Assembly (NCBI GenBank): GCA_976226885.1
Contig: OZ320316.1
Span: 63,860,001-63,924,000, forward strand
Direction: 5' to 3'
From: Iphione sp. A-MEVVRFRX5
Lineage: Eukaryota
Length of the DNA: 64,000 bases
A model generated the notes under the pieces. It was not told where the DNA came from and did not search any database. It was given only the letters and a program-made list of their open reading frames with translations. Below, piece after piece: positions 38,908 through 49,886 of the stretch. The first letter of the stretch is position 1; each line of letters begins with the position of its first letter. Position numbers and translations under genes: made by a program.

Positions 38908-39475
38908 GGCCCGGTTTCCTTACATGCATTGGTATGCGGCAAAGCTCTGCATGCATTTCCTGTGCGTTGAACTTTTGCCGCATGGGAACACACAGGGGTG
39001 TTCCATACATGCGGGAGAGAGTCTGCGGGATAGTGCGAGAAATGATGGGGAAAAATACAGAAAACAGCCGAAAAATGGCAATTTAATGGAAACTGGGCAG
39101 AAAAAAGGGCTTATTTCATGGAAATCCAGCGAAAACCTGCAAATTACATGGAAATTCGGCCTAAAAACGGCAAAATTGTGTGGAAAAATTTGGGGAAAAC
39201 ACGACATTGTGTGGAAATGTGCGGAAAAGTCCAGTATCCACAGTCAAAAGTCAAATTTAGTCAGTCAGTCAAAATGAGGAAATAGCAGTGTGTTGGTCTG
39301 CGTTGGCGTCCGTCTGCGGCAAATTTACGGACCCTTCCCGAAAACGGGCATCGCATGTCCACACATGTCACCACAGGTATGGAACACCCTTAACTGATAC
39401 TCTATGGACGGATAATAAAGCATTTCACTGCATATCACCACACACGCATGTCACCACAGGTATGGAAACCGGGCC
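38908..39475. mobile_element. PIF/Harbinger-like MITE, family A, copy 2 (568 bp)
   Basis: TIR GGCCCGGTTTCC(T/A)TAC at both ends, perfect TAA target-site duplication (38905-38907 and 39476-39478), internal homology to 291-761. Confidence 0.85.
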
Positions 39476-41968
39476 TAACAATCACCCCATCACAAACTTG
39501 TTATGTACCATATATATATATACACACGTCTATATATATAGCTAGCTTTAGATTCTTGCTTTTCCGACAGCGGTGCGAGGGAAACGAAGCAATATGCTGT
39601 TAGGCTATTGTCATACTGAACTTAGCCATTGGTGGGTTAAAAGCAGCTTGTTCTATACAAATGCAATCTTTTGTTGTCCGCTGGCGGTTTTAAGTGGTCG
39701 TGGTCGCTACTAACCACAGTCAATTATGACGGTTTCTACGTTTACTTTTACGTGGTTCTCCTCTAGCCCGAGTTAACGCATGATGCACAGGACTCGTAGA
39801 GGGGTATTCATTCAGTTTCTCCTTTGAAGTTTGCATCTCTACACTGGCCGGGCAATGTGACACGCACACACTTTGGGAACGGCAAGACTCATTGTGTACC
39901 TCTGACCCGATTTGCCCGACCTAATCCATCACCAAAGTGTAATATTGCATTAAGGTAGGCAACCTGCTAGAGAACCGAGTCAGGACTAAGTTTGGCCAAT
40001 AAATCAACACGAGGAAACCACCTGTGTAAAATGTGTTCCATTACTGTGGCCACTCCTATCTACCGAGGTGGACGAAGCTGCTTATTGCTGATGGGACAGG
40101 GAAACAATAACGACCTCAGATATGAGTGCAAATCTCGGCACTATTTATCACGTTTGCAGGTGATGAAGTATGATGTTGTGCTAGGCAAGCGCTTTCCGCG
40201 CCAAAAGCGATGACGGACGGCCCCGGGTGTCGAGTGGAGTGCATGGCTCGCTGGCCCAAGAGCGGGCAGACGGGCAAGCGAGCGACAGGTATGGATCAAT
40301 AGAGCCACCAGGCGTGACTGGCTTTATTACGACCAGGGCTCTTACCAGGAGCCGTTCGAGTGATCCACGCCGGCGTTGAGAGCTGCGCTGGACATGGCTT
40401 CAAGACGGATGGCCAGTTCCCTGCAGCCACAAGACTGCTAGGCACCCATGGGCAAGCCGGCAGGACGGCTGGCTGCTACAAGAAGGTTACATACTGGACT
40501 GGTTCAGAGGCGGGCAGGATCAGAGACGGCAGGGTAATAAGGGGAAGCGGGCCAATGCGAAATTAAGGTTAACTCCACGTAAGGCCAAAGGAAATGCATA
40601 GAAGACAACCGATGTTATCAGCAGGTTTTAGGCCATAAGCTTACAGCAAACGGCTATTCCACTGTAGGAAAAGAGGGTTTAAGCAGTGGGTCAATCTGCT
40701 GACAACGGAATAAGAGGGGCTAAGCTTTCCTGCCTGCTAAAGCACAAATCATGTTTAAGGTTCAAGTGAGCAACGGAAACCTGAGGCAGCAACGGGAAAA
40801 ATACCTCCTGGACATATTAGGTTGAAAAGTGTCCTTCGTGATGACCCTTCCAAATTGTTTTTGCATTATAAAAGATAATACACCATTGGAGGCAAACATT
40901 CAATGGAAGATCTCAGTTGTCTCTCTGAAAATGGATATAATCTATGTTCATCAGATTATCACATTACTGAGTCAAAAATACAAAATGGAGCCATGAAATA
41001 ATGTCAACGTGATTTCGCTATACACATAAATAAAACCTCCCCTGGACGTGGTGAAGCATTCGGCCAACATTCGAGGGGCAGTGGTGTGTACCAGATGGTT
41101 CTTCATGGCCAGCCGCAAAAGTGTTGGTGAAATAATTCTGCCACCGAAACTGGGAAGTTACACCTGCACAACAACAATTTTATAAGATGTCCTCCAAATT
41201 ATACTTTTACCTCAATGTCAATGCACGTTCGTTCTCATGCTTCTGGTCCGCTTCTCTCAATCTCTACAACTACATGTATGTAATACACGTACGAGTAGTA
41301 CGAGTTTTACCTGGGCGCCCAGTGCAATCGCTGTGCACAATCCCTGTGTGGTTCATCGCGATATTTTTTGCCCTCGAGAAACATTAATTGAGTAACAAAT
41401 CAGTTTATCTCCAATGTAGACTTATCTAGGAAGCCAAGCGAGAGCCTGCTCAAAAAAGCCAGGTAACAAAGGACCATTTAGTGACACCTTAGGAAGCCAA
41501 ACATAATGTAACCTGGTACCTGCCAACGGAAGCCATGTGAATTGAGCAATGGCTTCTCCATGGCTTTCATCGTCCCGGGAACGAACTGGAAGTCGTTCTC
41601 ATCTTTCAATAAGTCCTCTTCAAGTTGACAGAAGTAATACACATTACATGTATTCTGTTAACTATGGGCTGAACATGAATATTGCCTAGAGTCCGTCTAG
41701 TGTCTGAAAGATATACAACTGTCACGTTGCCTTCATCAATACTTTGTCAATGAATGGAATTATAAATCTCTAGAGGTGATCTTAAGGAAAATGAATAATC
41801 AAATGCAACAACCGAAGCTACCTGTCGACGCTATGATCTCTCACCGGTGAAGTTAGGATGAAAATGAATTCTTACTACATATTCTGATACCAAAATATAT
41901 ATCGTCTTCAGTGGGTACGTAACATCAGTATGGGCATACAGTGTTGTACTATGGTATACATGTAGGTG

Positions 41969-41999
<31 letters not shown>

Positions 42000-44900
42000 G
42001 TGTGTGCTGTGTTGGATTGGTAATTTGAATTTCAGTAAATGTATGTCCTTTTTAAAAAATCGTACATCTCTTATTCAACAGCGGGAGAGTATATTACTGA
42101 AGCTGCCATAAGAAAAAACTGATTGATGCATGTTTAGTAAAAACAGGCTGTTCAAATGTAGCTTACACTTCTTACAAAGAATAACCACAACGTAACAAAT
42201 GCGTGTACATGTATCTGGTCACTGCGAATATTTCCACATAATCACAAAGGACGTGACCTGCAGAACTCGATCCATCCGAAGAAAAAGTAATATGAGCTCT
42301 TTCCATTATGGCATATCATTCTATAGTAGAATCACAAAAGTAATATTACCCAATGGTAAAAATGAGAAATGACTTTGATGCATTGTTCAGGAAAGTGACC
42401 GTGAAGGCCAGAAGTAGCAGGTCACACAGAGGTTACTTAAGAATTTCCAGCACTTTTTTTCTGATTTCTTTTAGCTAGGAAGCCACGTGACGGCAGAACA
42501 TCCTGAGAAGCTCATAGAAACTATTGGACCGGAAACGTTCTTGCCGTGACAGATTTGTCAATATGTAATTTTTGTTACAGGCCTCCAGCGAGTAAAATGA
42601 TAAAATGGTCTTAATTACAATCAATTTTATGGCTGAGACCAGAAGAGTGGACCGTTGGGGAAGCAGGCCGTGGCACGTTCGCCACTGAGGTAAAAGAAGT
42701 CCTACCGCTGGAGGAGCCGCTCGTCCGGAGGTGATTAGTGCCCGTCAATGTCCCGTATCCGCACTCCAACCTCCTCCAGAGTCGGGGAAAAAGTGAGTGG
42801 CAAACTGGACAGGCTATCCATCTCCCATCCACATGACAGCTGCCACGTGACAGGGTCAATACGCGCGGCCTAATTAATTCATTAATCACATGCTCCACAA
42901 AGAGTCACTGCCCTCAGCCGAGCCGCTCACTGGCCACTCGCTGGTAAGCCCCTGTCGCTTGCAAGGGGTCACGTGAGGGTTAATGAGCCCTCGGAGAGGT
43001 AGGGCTCAACCTTGGCTGGTTCAAGCAAGACAGGTTCGTGAGATTGCGGGGTGGTGTGTGTGTGTGTAGGGGGGGGGGTGTACGAAGGGCAGACTCGTGC
43101 AAGTATGAAAAGAGCCTTCCCGGTCCCGCTTGTTGATAAGGAAAAGCAAATACACCTCCTCCTGCTGGGATTCTCGGGCAGTACCATTAGCCACAAACCT
43201 GGAACATGCGTGTAACACGGTATTATGGCCAGGAGCGTCGGGCGCGCCGTGAACGCGCTCACTGCTTCGCTGACAGTCAATTGTTTTGAACTGTGTGCTT
43301 AACATTGAGTGGTATTTCGGAAGTTTTGCCAGCGCAACAAAGCGCTCTGGATCTAAATTGAAAGTGCGTGCCTACCAGGTATTCGGGATTTCGTAAATGG
43401 GTGAGGCATGGGCCCTTTTAAAAATGGACGACCAAAGAATACGGAAGTGCTTATGTGCGTGTCGCTTACGTTTGTGTGTGCATGGTTTGCCAGTTTCGTG
43501 GAAAGAAAAGGTTATACAGAAATACCACACATCTAACTGCTCCAGTGAACATTATTGTTTCACGACAGATGATCTTCGGTACGTTTTCCATGTTTCCTGA
43601 CTAACTCATAACTACGAGAGGAGGTTTTGAAAATCTGCCCTGCGATTATAACTATAATGGGAACTATGTAGTCCCAAGGGTAGGAAGGCGCGGGCTGGGC
43701 ATCCACACGATCAAACCGAAGAGAGGCAAAGCGGCAAAAGCGGCGGGACGACTTGTTGGTTGATGAGCGTGGCGGAGCACCTGAGGTACAGACCACTGTC
43801 TTGCTTGCTTATACCGATCAATCACGCCCAGCACTTTTAGCGGCACTGCCCAACACTTCCAAGCGTCCTGGATCACATAGATGGGAACGGAGCGCGCCCG
43901 TCTGCGCCTGTGTGGGCACTATGGGAGCCAATGAGAGTTCTAAGAGCACTGGAGGGAGAAAAAAATTACTCTGGACTTGGAAGTGACTGATGAATGAGGC
44001 GAGTTTGGCTGGGATCAGGTATAGGAATCAGTCATTGTTGGTTGTATGCGAGACACCTTCATGAGGGGGAGGGGGCTGCATACTACTGGGAACTGCTACT
44101 TGCTGACCCACATTTCAATGGCCAAGCTAAGTGCAATCGTCATCATTCTTAAATGAACTGTAAACCCTACAGACGTGTATACTATTCTACGAGGTAATTT
44201 GTTCGTATTCAATAGCAGGAACTATAGTTTTCCCCACTAGTGAGCATTGTGTAATCAATGCATTCTATCGTTGACAATGACAACTTGGCTGTGAAGTGCA
44301 AATGGAAACGAAGTTCCTCCACGGGGGGAGGGCAGCTACACCGGAGACCCATTTCTGCTGAAACTTGACACTGACATATCGAAGTGGCCTTCTGTCTGCC
44401 ACACTGTTTGAGACAAGCCCTCCTGACGCCGGTAACGGCTTGTGGGCGCCTTCTCACTTCAGGCAGCCTGTCGCAAACATGGCTTCGACGCCTTTAGCCG
44501 ACTTCACTGATCCCTTACAATATTGACATAGTATCGGTTGGTCGCGCGAACAGTACGGCAAGTAGCGGCTCGTCCACTTGCCCCTGTACAGTAAAACAAA
44601 GAACCATCATGGCAGAATAATAGCGCTAGTTGTAGGGACCGTGGCAACATGCACATACAAATTGATGTAGTGGTGGGCCGCCATTTTTGCGGCGCGGGGA
44701 GTGAGATACTCCCGGCAGCCAAAGTGGCAGACGGGGTCCGAAAAGTACACAATGGTAGTGACTGGATCCGTGCCATAGGCAGGGCGGGGAAACACAAGGT
44801 CTGGCCTGAGAAAGAGACTTTTCTATTACTAGCAGTCGTCGGGATCTCACAACATGGCCTACCGACAAAGCCTGAAACCAGAAGTTTACAGCCCTGAACG

Positions 44901-45640
44901 TAAAATAAAATTGGATATAATAGGTTAAATTCCTAACCTTACAGACGGCCTGGCATAGATCCAGCTTCGCTGAACCACACGTGTTCTATACCCTCATTTT
45001 CGTATTATATGGGTTGGCTAGGTCGGTTAACACCGACCAGCGTTTGCCCCACCAGTGCCAAAAGCATATTTTATGACACACAGCTTAAGGATCCTAACAA
45101 ACACCACTAACGTTCCTGTGTGAATACTTGGCGTATACTCTGGACAGAAATAACTGATGCTGTTTTAACGGAGATCCATATAACTCCGAATCGGCCTAGC
45201 GTTACTTACAGAGATGATACCTGTTTTTACACAACGTCTTCCCATTAACGTACAGGAGAATCTGATAGTCAGAGTGAAATATTACATGTATTTCTGTATA
45301 TTGCCGAAATGCATCGGCAGTGCTACAATGGCATTGTGTATCTTGCCCGCCGGTGACTGAGCCTTCGTTAACAACGCATACAAGGTGTGTGCAGTGTGCA
45401 CATGGTGCTTCCCACGCCCAGCCATGGGGTCTCTGCCCTTCTACTACCGGGGTTGTCGGCGTAGGGCGGCGGTCCCGATCGATAACCGATGTGCCAGCAA
45501 AGACGCACCACAGACACGTCTAAAGACAATATTTCTATGGATGATGCTTCAAGCAATGCGACCACCGTTCACAGAAAGCTTAAGAATAACAGTGTCACCA
45601 GTGAAGAAAAAAAAATCAAATATATGCAGTGTGCAAAGAT

Positions 45641-45671
45641 GGGGGCGGGGGGGGGCGGGTGGAGGCAGGGG
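45641..45671 (+). other. Potential G-quadruplex
   Basis: G5-C-G9-C-G3-TGGAGGCA-G4. Confidence 0.5.
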
Positions 45672-45688
45672 AGAATATGATTTGAAAA

Positions 45689-45765
45689 GACGGATAGACG
45701 ATTATGGGTGGATGGATGAATGGATGGACCGATGGATGGATGTGAGGATGGACAGACGGATAAGG
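45689..45765 (+). repeat. Degenerate (GGAT)n tetranucleotide repeat
   Basis: ggatggatgaatggatggaccgatggatggatg... Confidence 0.85.
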
Positions 45766-48716
45766 AGGGAGGGATTCCTTGTAAGGAAAATATAAATAGG
45801 AATCAGAAGATTGTGCAAAGATGGAGCTAGACTGCAAATGATGCCTGGGCAGCCAGGCAAACATACATGCATGGAGACAGAGGTAAGCTGACATGACACA
45901 ATCACAGAGGAAGACCCAGTTTGAAAGTGCGTACACCTACAGCTTTGCTTCCCGAAGCCTATATCTGTTTCTTCTGATTTGTCCTCTACTTCAGAGCTTA
46001 AAGCTATAATTCCCCCCATCCCATCCCTTAGAATATAAGGCATTGTATTATATTGCTTCCCCTCCATACACATGGTTTATATATGGTGATTTCTCTCCAA
46101 TGTATTTTAGAACACTTTTAAGCCCATTCAATTCTGAGGAAATGATGATAAAATCTCTGAAGCTGGCCATTTTGGGTGAGGTGAACAACAAAGGGCACTG
46201 TCTGCCTCAAAGCCTTCAGTAGTTGGGGTATAAGAGATCTGTACTAGAGATACATGGATGGCTCCTGGCTTTGACACCGCATCTACTTTGTATAGACGCA
46301 CCTAAGCACATCGTAGACCAGTGCACCAGATCATATCACTAATCTCCCAAAACGCTGAATAAAAGGAGAAAAAGGAGAATGACCTTCCGACCTTCATACT
46401 TATGCCTGTAAACTCGTTCCCAAAATATATTCGTTCACACCCTGTCCAACTAAGCATGCAGCAAAGAACAAACTGATTTGTCCCGAATCAGTAACATCAA
46501 GATGCTTCACATGTAGGTGTACTTGCTGGGACGGTTGCTTGTTTCAATTTCTGGACCGTAGCTGCTAAATATTTCTACTAATCCAAAATAAATACACCCC
46601 AACGGAAAATATAGTACTGCACAATACCGGAAATATCTGTTGTGCTCAGACATATACCTAATATGCCGACTCCACATGGAGGATTACTATCCCCGAATCC
46701 AAGTGTGGGTAATTGGGGATGCTGGTGGTCAACCAGATTAGGTCAATACCCGTTACACAGTAGGCTCGAGGGCCCGGACTAGAGGGCGGAAAACAAACCA
46801 TCATTCGTAGAAAGGGTGCACAGGCAGCAATTACTTCAGTAATGTTCTGAATCTATTGACACGGTTAGCCTTTTACTATTGGGCGTGCCTCGGCGGGTGT
46901 GACCCATGTGTTTCGGACCGGTTCACACGACAAGAATAGTCCCCAGATACACCAAAGGAGACTATATATTGAAACGATCCGCACCATCTCCCGAGCAGCA
47001 TCCGTCATCCTATCTGGCAGTGTAATGTTCAACAGCAGCCAGTCGTCTGGCATAACAGATGAGTCGGGGGACTTAAGTAGTGGAGAACTAGCTCTATGTG
47101 GCGGCCTGGGGGTCGCCTCCGAGGTCGTACGCATGTACTAGTGGGCTGAGCATGTCGCCAGTGGCCTCCAGCCCCATCCGTGCTCGCAGATAATTACTGT
47201 GACCATTGACACATCGACAAGCTGGTAATGAGTGTCTAATGATATGCTCTTGCGACCGAGCGAGCATCAATCTACACATGCTGCTCGGCGCCGCTGACAA
47301 AATGCGGCGCCTGATGAAGGTCCCCTTGGCCTAGATGGATCACCACGACGAACGGCTGCCGACTTGCTGTAATTGTGCGGCCTGTTTTCGACTGTCGGGC
47401 CTGATTTATGGCTCTCTGCTTGGGTTTTATATCAAGCTGCCCTCTCGCTGGGAAGGGCATGTGATTAAGCGCATCTTCGGCTGTCCCGATGCGGCATGGC
47501 TCACTCGTTCACTGTGCACGCAGCTGAGTTTGTTATTGGGCAAGCGACACACGTATCAGGCTTTTACGAGGCGAGGGCCTAGGAAAGTCCGAGTACGAGC
47601 ACAAAATAATACCACATGTCTCGCCAGCAGACGGAGACACAGGTCAGCATTTTACCCTGAGAAACTGTCAGGACTGCAATGGGCGTAACAGGCCCTCTCC
47701 GCCCCTCGACCTCATCCGACAGTCCCTTCTTCGCTTGCTCTTCTCAATATAGACCCTCTTTCTCGGGAATGGAGCCCACTTGTACACTTGTGGGACACTT
47801 GTCACGTTAGGAACTGGGTCGACCTCGATTTTTCAGATGTGTCGGAGGATAAACACAGGGCGGGCCATAAAAGAGGTTTGTACCGGGCGCGGATCGTGGC
47901 TGCATGGCGCCGCACCAGTGGAGTTGCTGGTTTCCACCAAGAGGTGTCAGCACAAAGGCTCCATCTCAATGCTTTAAAAGCGCCCCCGCCGCCCCACCAA
48001 CCCCTATCTCCCCCCCCCCCTCCGGCACGAGGTCCAAGCTGCCGATTGCAGTGGGTGTAATTATCCCATTGCTCCACCTGTCGCCGTCAACCCGACAGCC
48101 CGTGAAACCTGGGTCGTGTACACGTCGCTCTGCGTTCGTCGACCGGGATCGCGTTTTCCATTAGAGACACCCCTGGCCACACCCGCCCTGTCTGCGTGGA
48201 ACCGGGGGAGGGGCTGTGAAGTATTACCGTGCTTGGTCCCATTCACAGCGCTGCCCCCTCCTGGGAAGGGGTCTCTGTACTACTTGGTATAGCATCAGGT
48301 TGACCCTTCGCTCGAACGTAGACGCCCTCGACCGGAGTAGGCCCTGCGCACGCACAGCAGTCGACAACTGATACCTTCGCCCGACGCGCCAGATGTCGGA
48401 CTTGGACACCTGACCGCTTCGTCTGCGCGTCACATTTCGCACTGTCCCCATATCGGCATCACAGCCGCTGCCCCCCCCCCCACCCTCCTTCCACCGCCTA
48501 CCGGCAACCAACTCGGACATGGTAAATATCATTACGACGTCGGGCTTACCGTGCGCACCGCCAAGCGGAGCCTACGGGAACGTTGGCAGGCCTCCACAGC
48601 GAGCTGACCCCCAACAGACAATGCCCTATAGTGCACAGATACAATGGTGCAATGAGGTCACAGCTAAACCCTCTCATCTGACAATGGTTTGATCCACAGT
48701 GTAGACTTTGGCCTAA

Positions 48717-49027
48717 GGAGTCTTTCACGTGTATGTGGAAGAAAAATCTGTCTCTGTGTGCAAACGCGGATAAACCCCCTGAAGAGTTTGTTAGTTAATT
48801 GGTTGCATATGATAACCAAATGTGACTATACGATTGCTTCCTATGGAAATCCGCATACGTGTCTGGACCAAAAACCCATGGCACACGGTTAAGACATCTG
48901 CACCCACATGCGGATGCAGAAAAATCAGTGAACATGTGAATGAGTACAGTTGTGAGAGAAGGCTGGAAAAATGTGGCACCTGCATGTGGATACGGAATGT
49001 AAAAATCGGGATGCATGTAACAGTGCC
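48717..49027. mobile_element. PIF/Harbinger-like MITE, family B, degenerate copy 2 (311 bp)
   Basis: TAA on both sides (48714-48716 and 49028-49030). The length matches 13042-13351, and the 3' end GTAAAAATCGGGATGCATGT-AACAGTGCC aligns with GTAAAAATCAGGATCTATGTGAACAGGGCC. TIRs are eroded. Confidence 0.6.
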
Positions 49028-49384
49028 TAAGGTTATAAAAAAAAAACCCTGGTGAAATACAAGGCATAAGATGTATGTCATTAACTGGTTACACAATACT
49101 ATTCTAAACTACGAAAAGTCATTTTGTTATCTGCTATTTACCGGTATGTAAGTACATGTAAATGCATATATGTACATGTACAGGAAAAACTCGCTTTGCG
49201 ACCCTCTCACTTTGCGACCAAATCGACTATTGCGACCATTTTGGGTCGGAACGGAATTATTTTTAGTACATTCTCTATATGACAGTGTCTTACTTTGCGA
49301 CCATATTGCTTTCCGACCATATTCAGTCTGCGACCACACCTCCTAGGGTCGTTTTTAGTACATTTTAATATCACTTTGCGACCA

Positions 49385-49750
49385 TCACCCTGGAGGGGTG
49401 AGGCCAAGAGTGGTCGCGGGCGTCAACTTTGACGACTTTGATGTTCCTCACACCGTGGAGGGGTTGGCCGCGGTGGTCGCGGGCGTCAACGGCGACGTCT
49501 TTGATGGTCTTTCACCCTGGAGGGGTGAGGCCGAGAGTGGTCGCGGGCGTCAACTTCGACGACTTTGATGTTCCTCACACCGTGGAGGGGTAGCCCGAGA
49601 GTGGTCGCGGGCGTCAACTTCGACGACTTTGATGGTCTCTCACCCTGGAGGGGTGAGGCCGAGAGTGGTCGCGGGATGTCGAGGCATCAACTTCGACGAC
49701 TTTGATGGTCTCTCACCCTGGAGGGGTGAGGCTGAGAGTGGTCTCTCACC
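49385..49750 (+). repeat. GC-rich minisatellite, about 63-65-bp units, about 5.5 copies with A/B alternation
   Basis: Units start at 49385, 49448, 49512, 49575, 49640 and 49713 (A,B,A,B,A,A-partial). Confidence 0.92.
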
Positions 49751-49760
49751 TCTTTGAGTC

Positions 49761-49886
49761 ACTTTTAGTCATCAAATTCAGCACTTTTTGGACTTAAAGT
49801 CATCAAATTGAGCACTTTTTGGACTTTTAGTCATCAAATTCAGCACTTTTTGGACCTAAAGTCATCAAATTCAGCACTTTTTGGAC
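49761..49886 (+). repeat. 31-bp tandem repeat x4
   Basis: ACTTTTAGTCATCAAATTCAGCACTTTTTGG units at 49761, 49792, 49823 and 49854. Confidence 0.95.

Noticed and set aside
42487-42551. Imperfect inverted repeat around CTGAGAAG...GAAACGTT (hammerhead-like)
   Set aside because: The core lacks CTGANGA, stem II does not close, and the stem I register is off.
49385-49886. CRISPR-like appearance of the tandem arrays
   Set aside because: No unique spacers; eukaryotic minisatellites inside a transposon.
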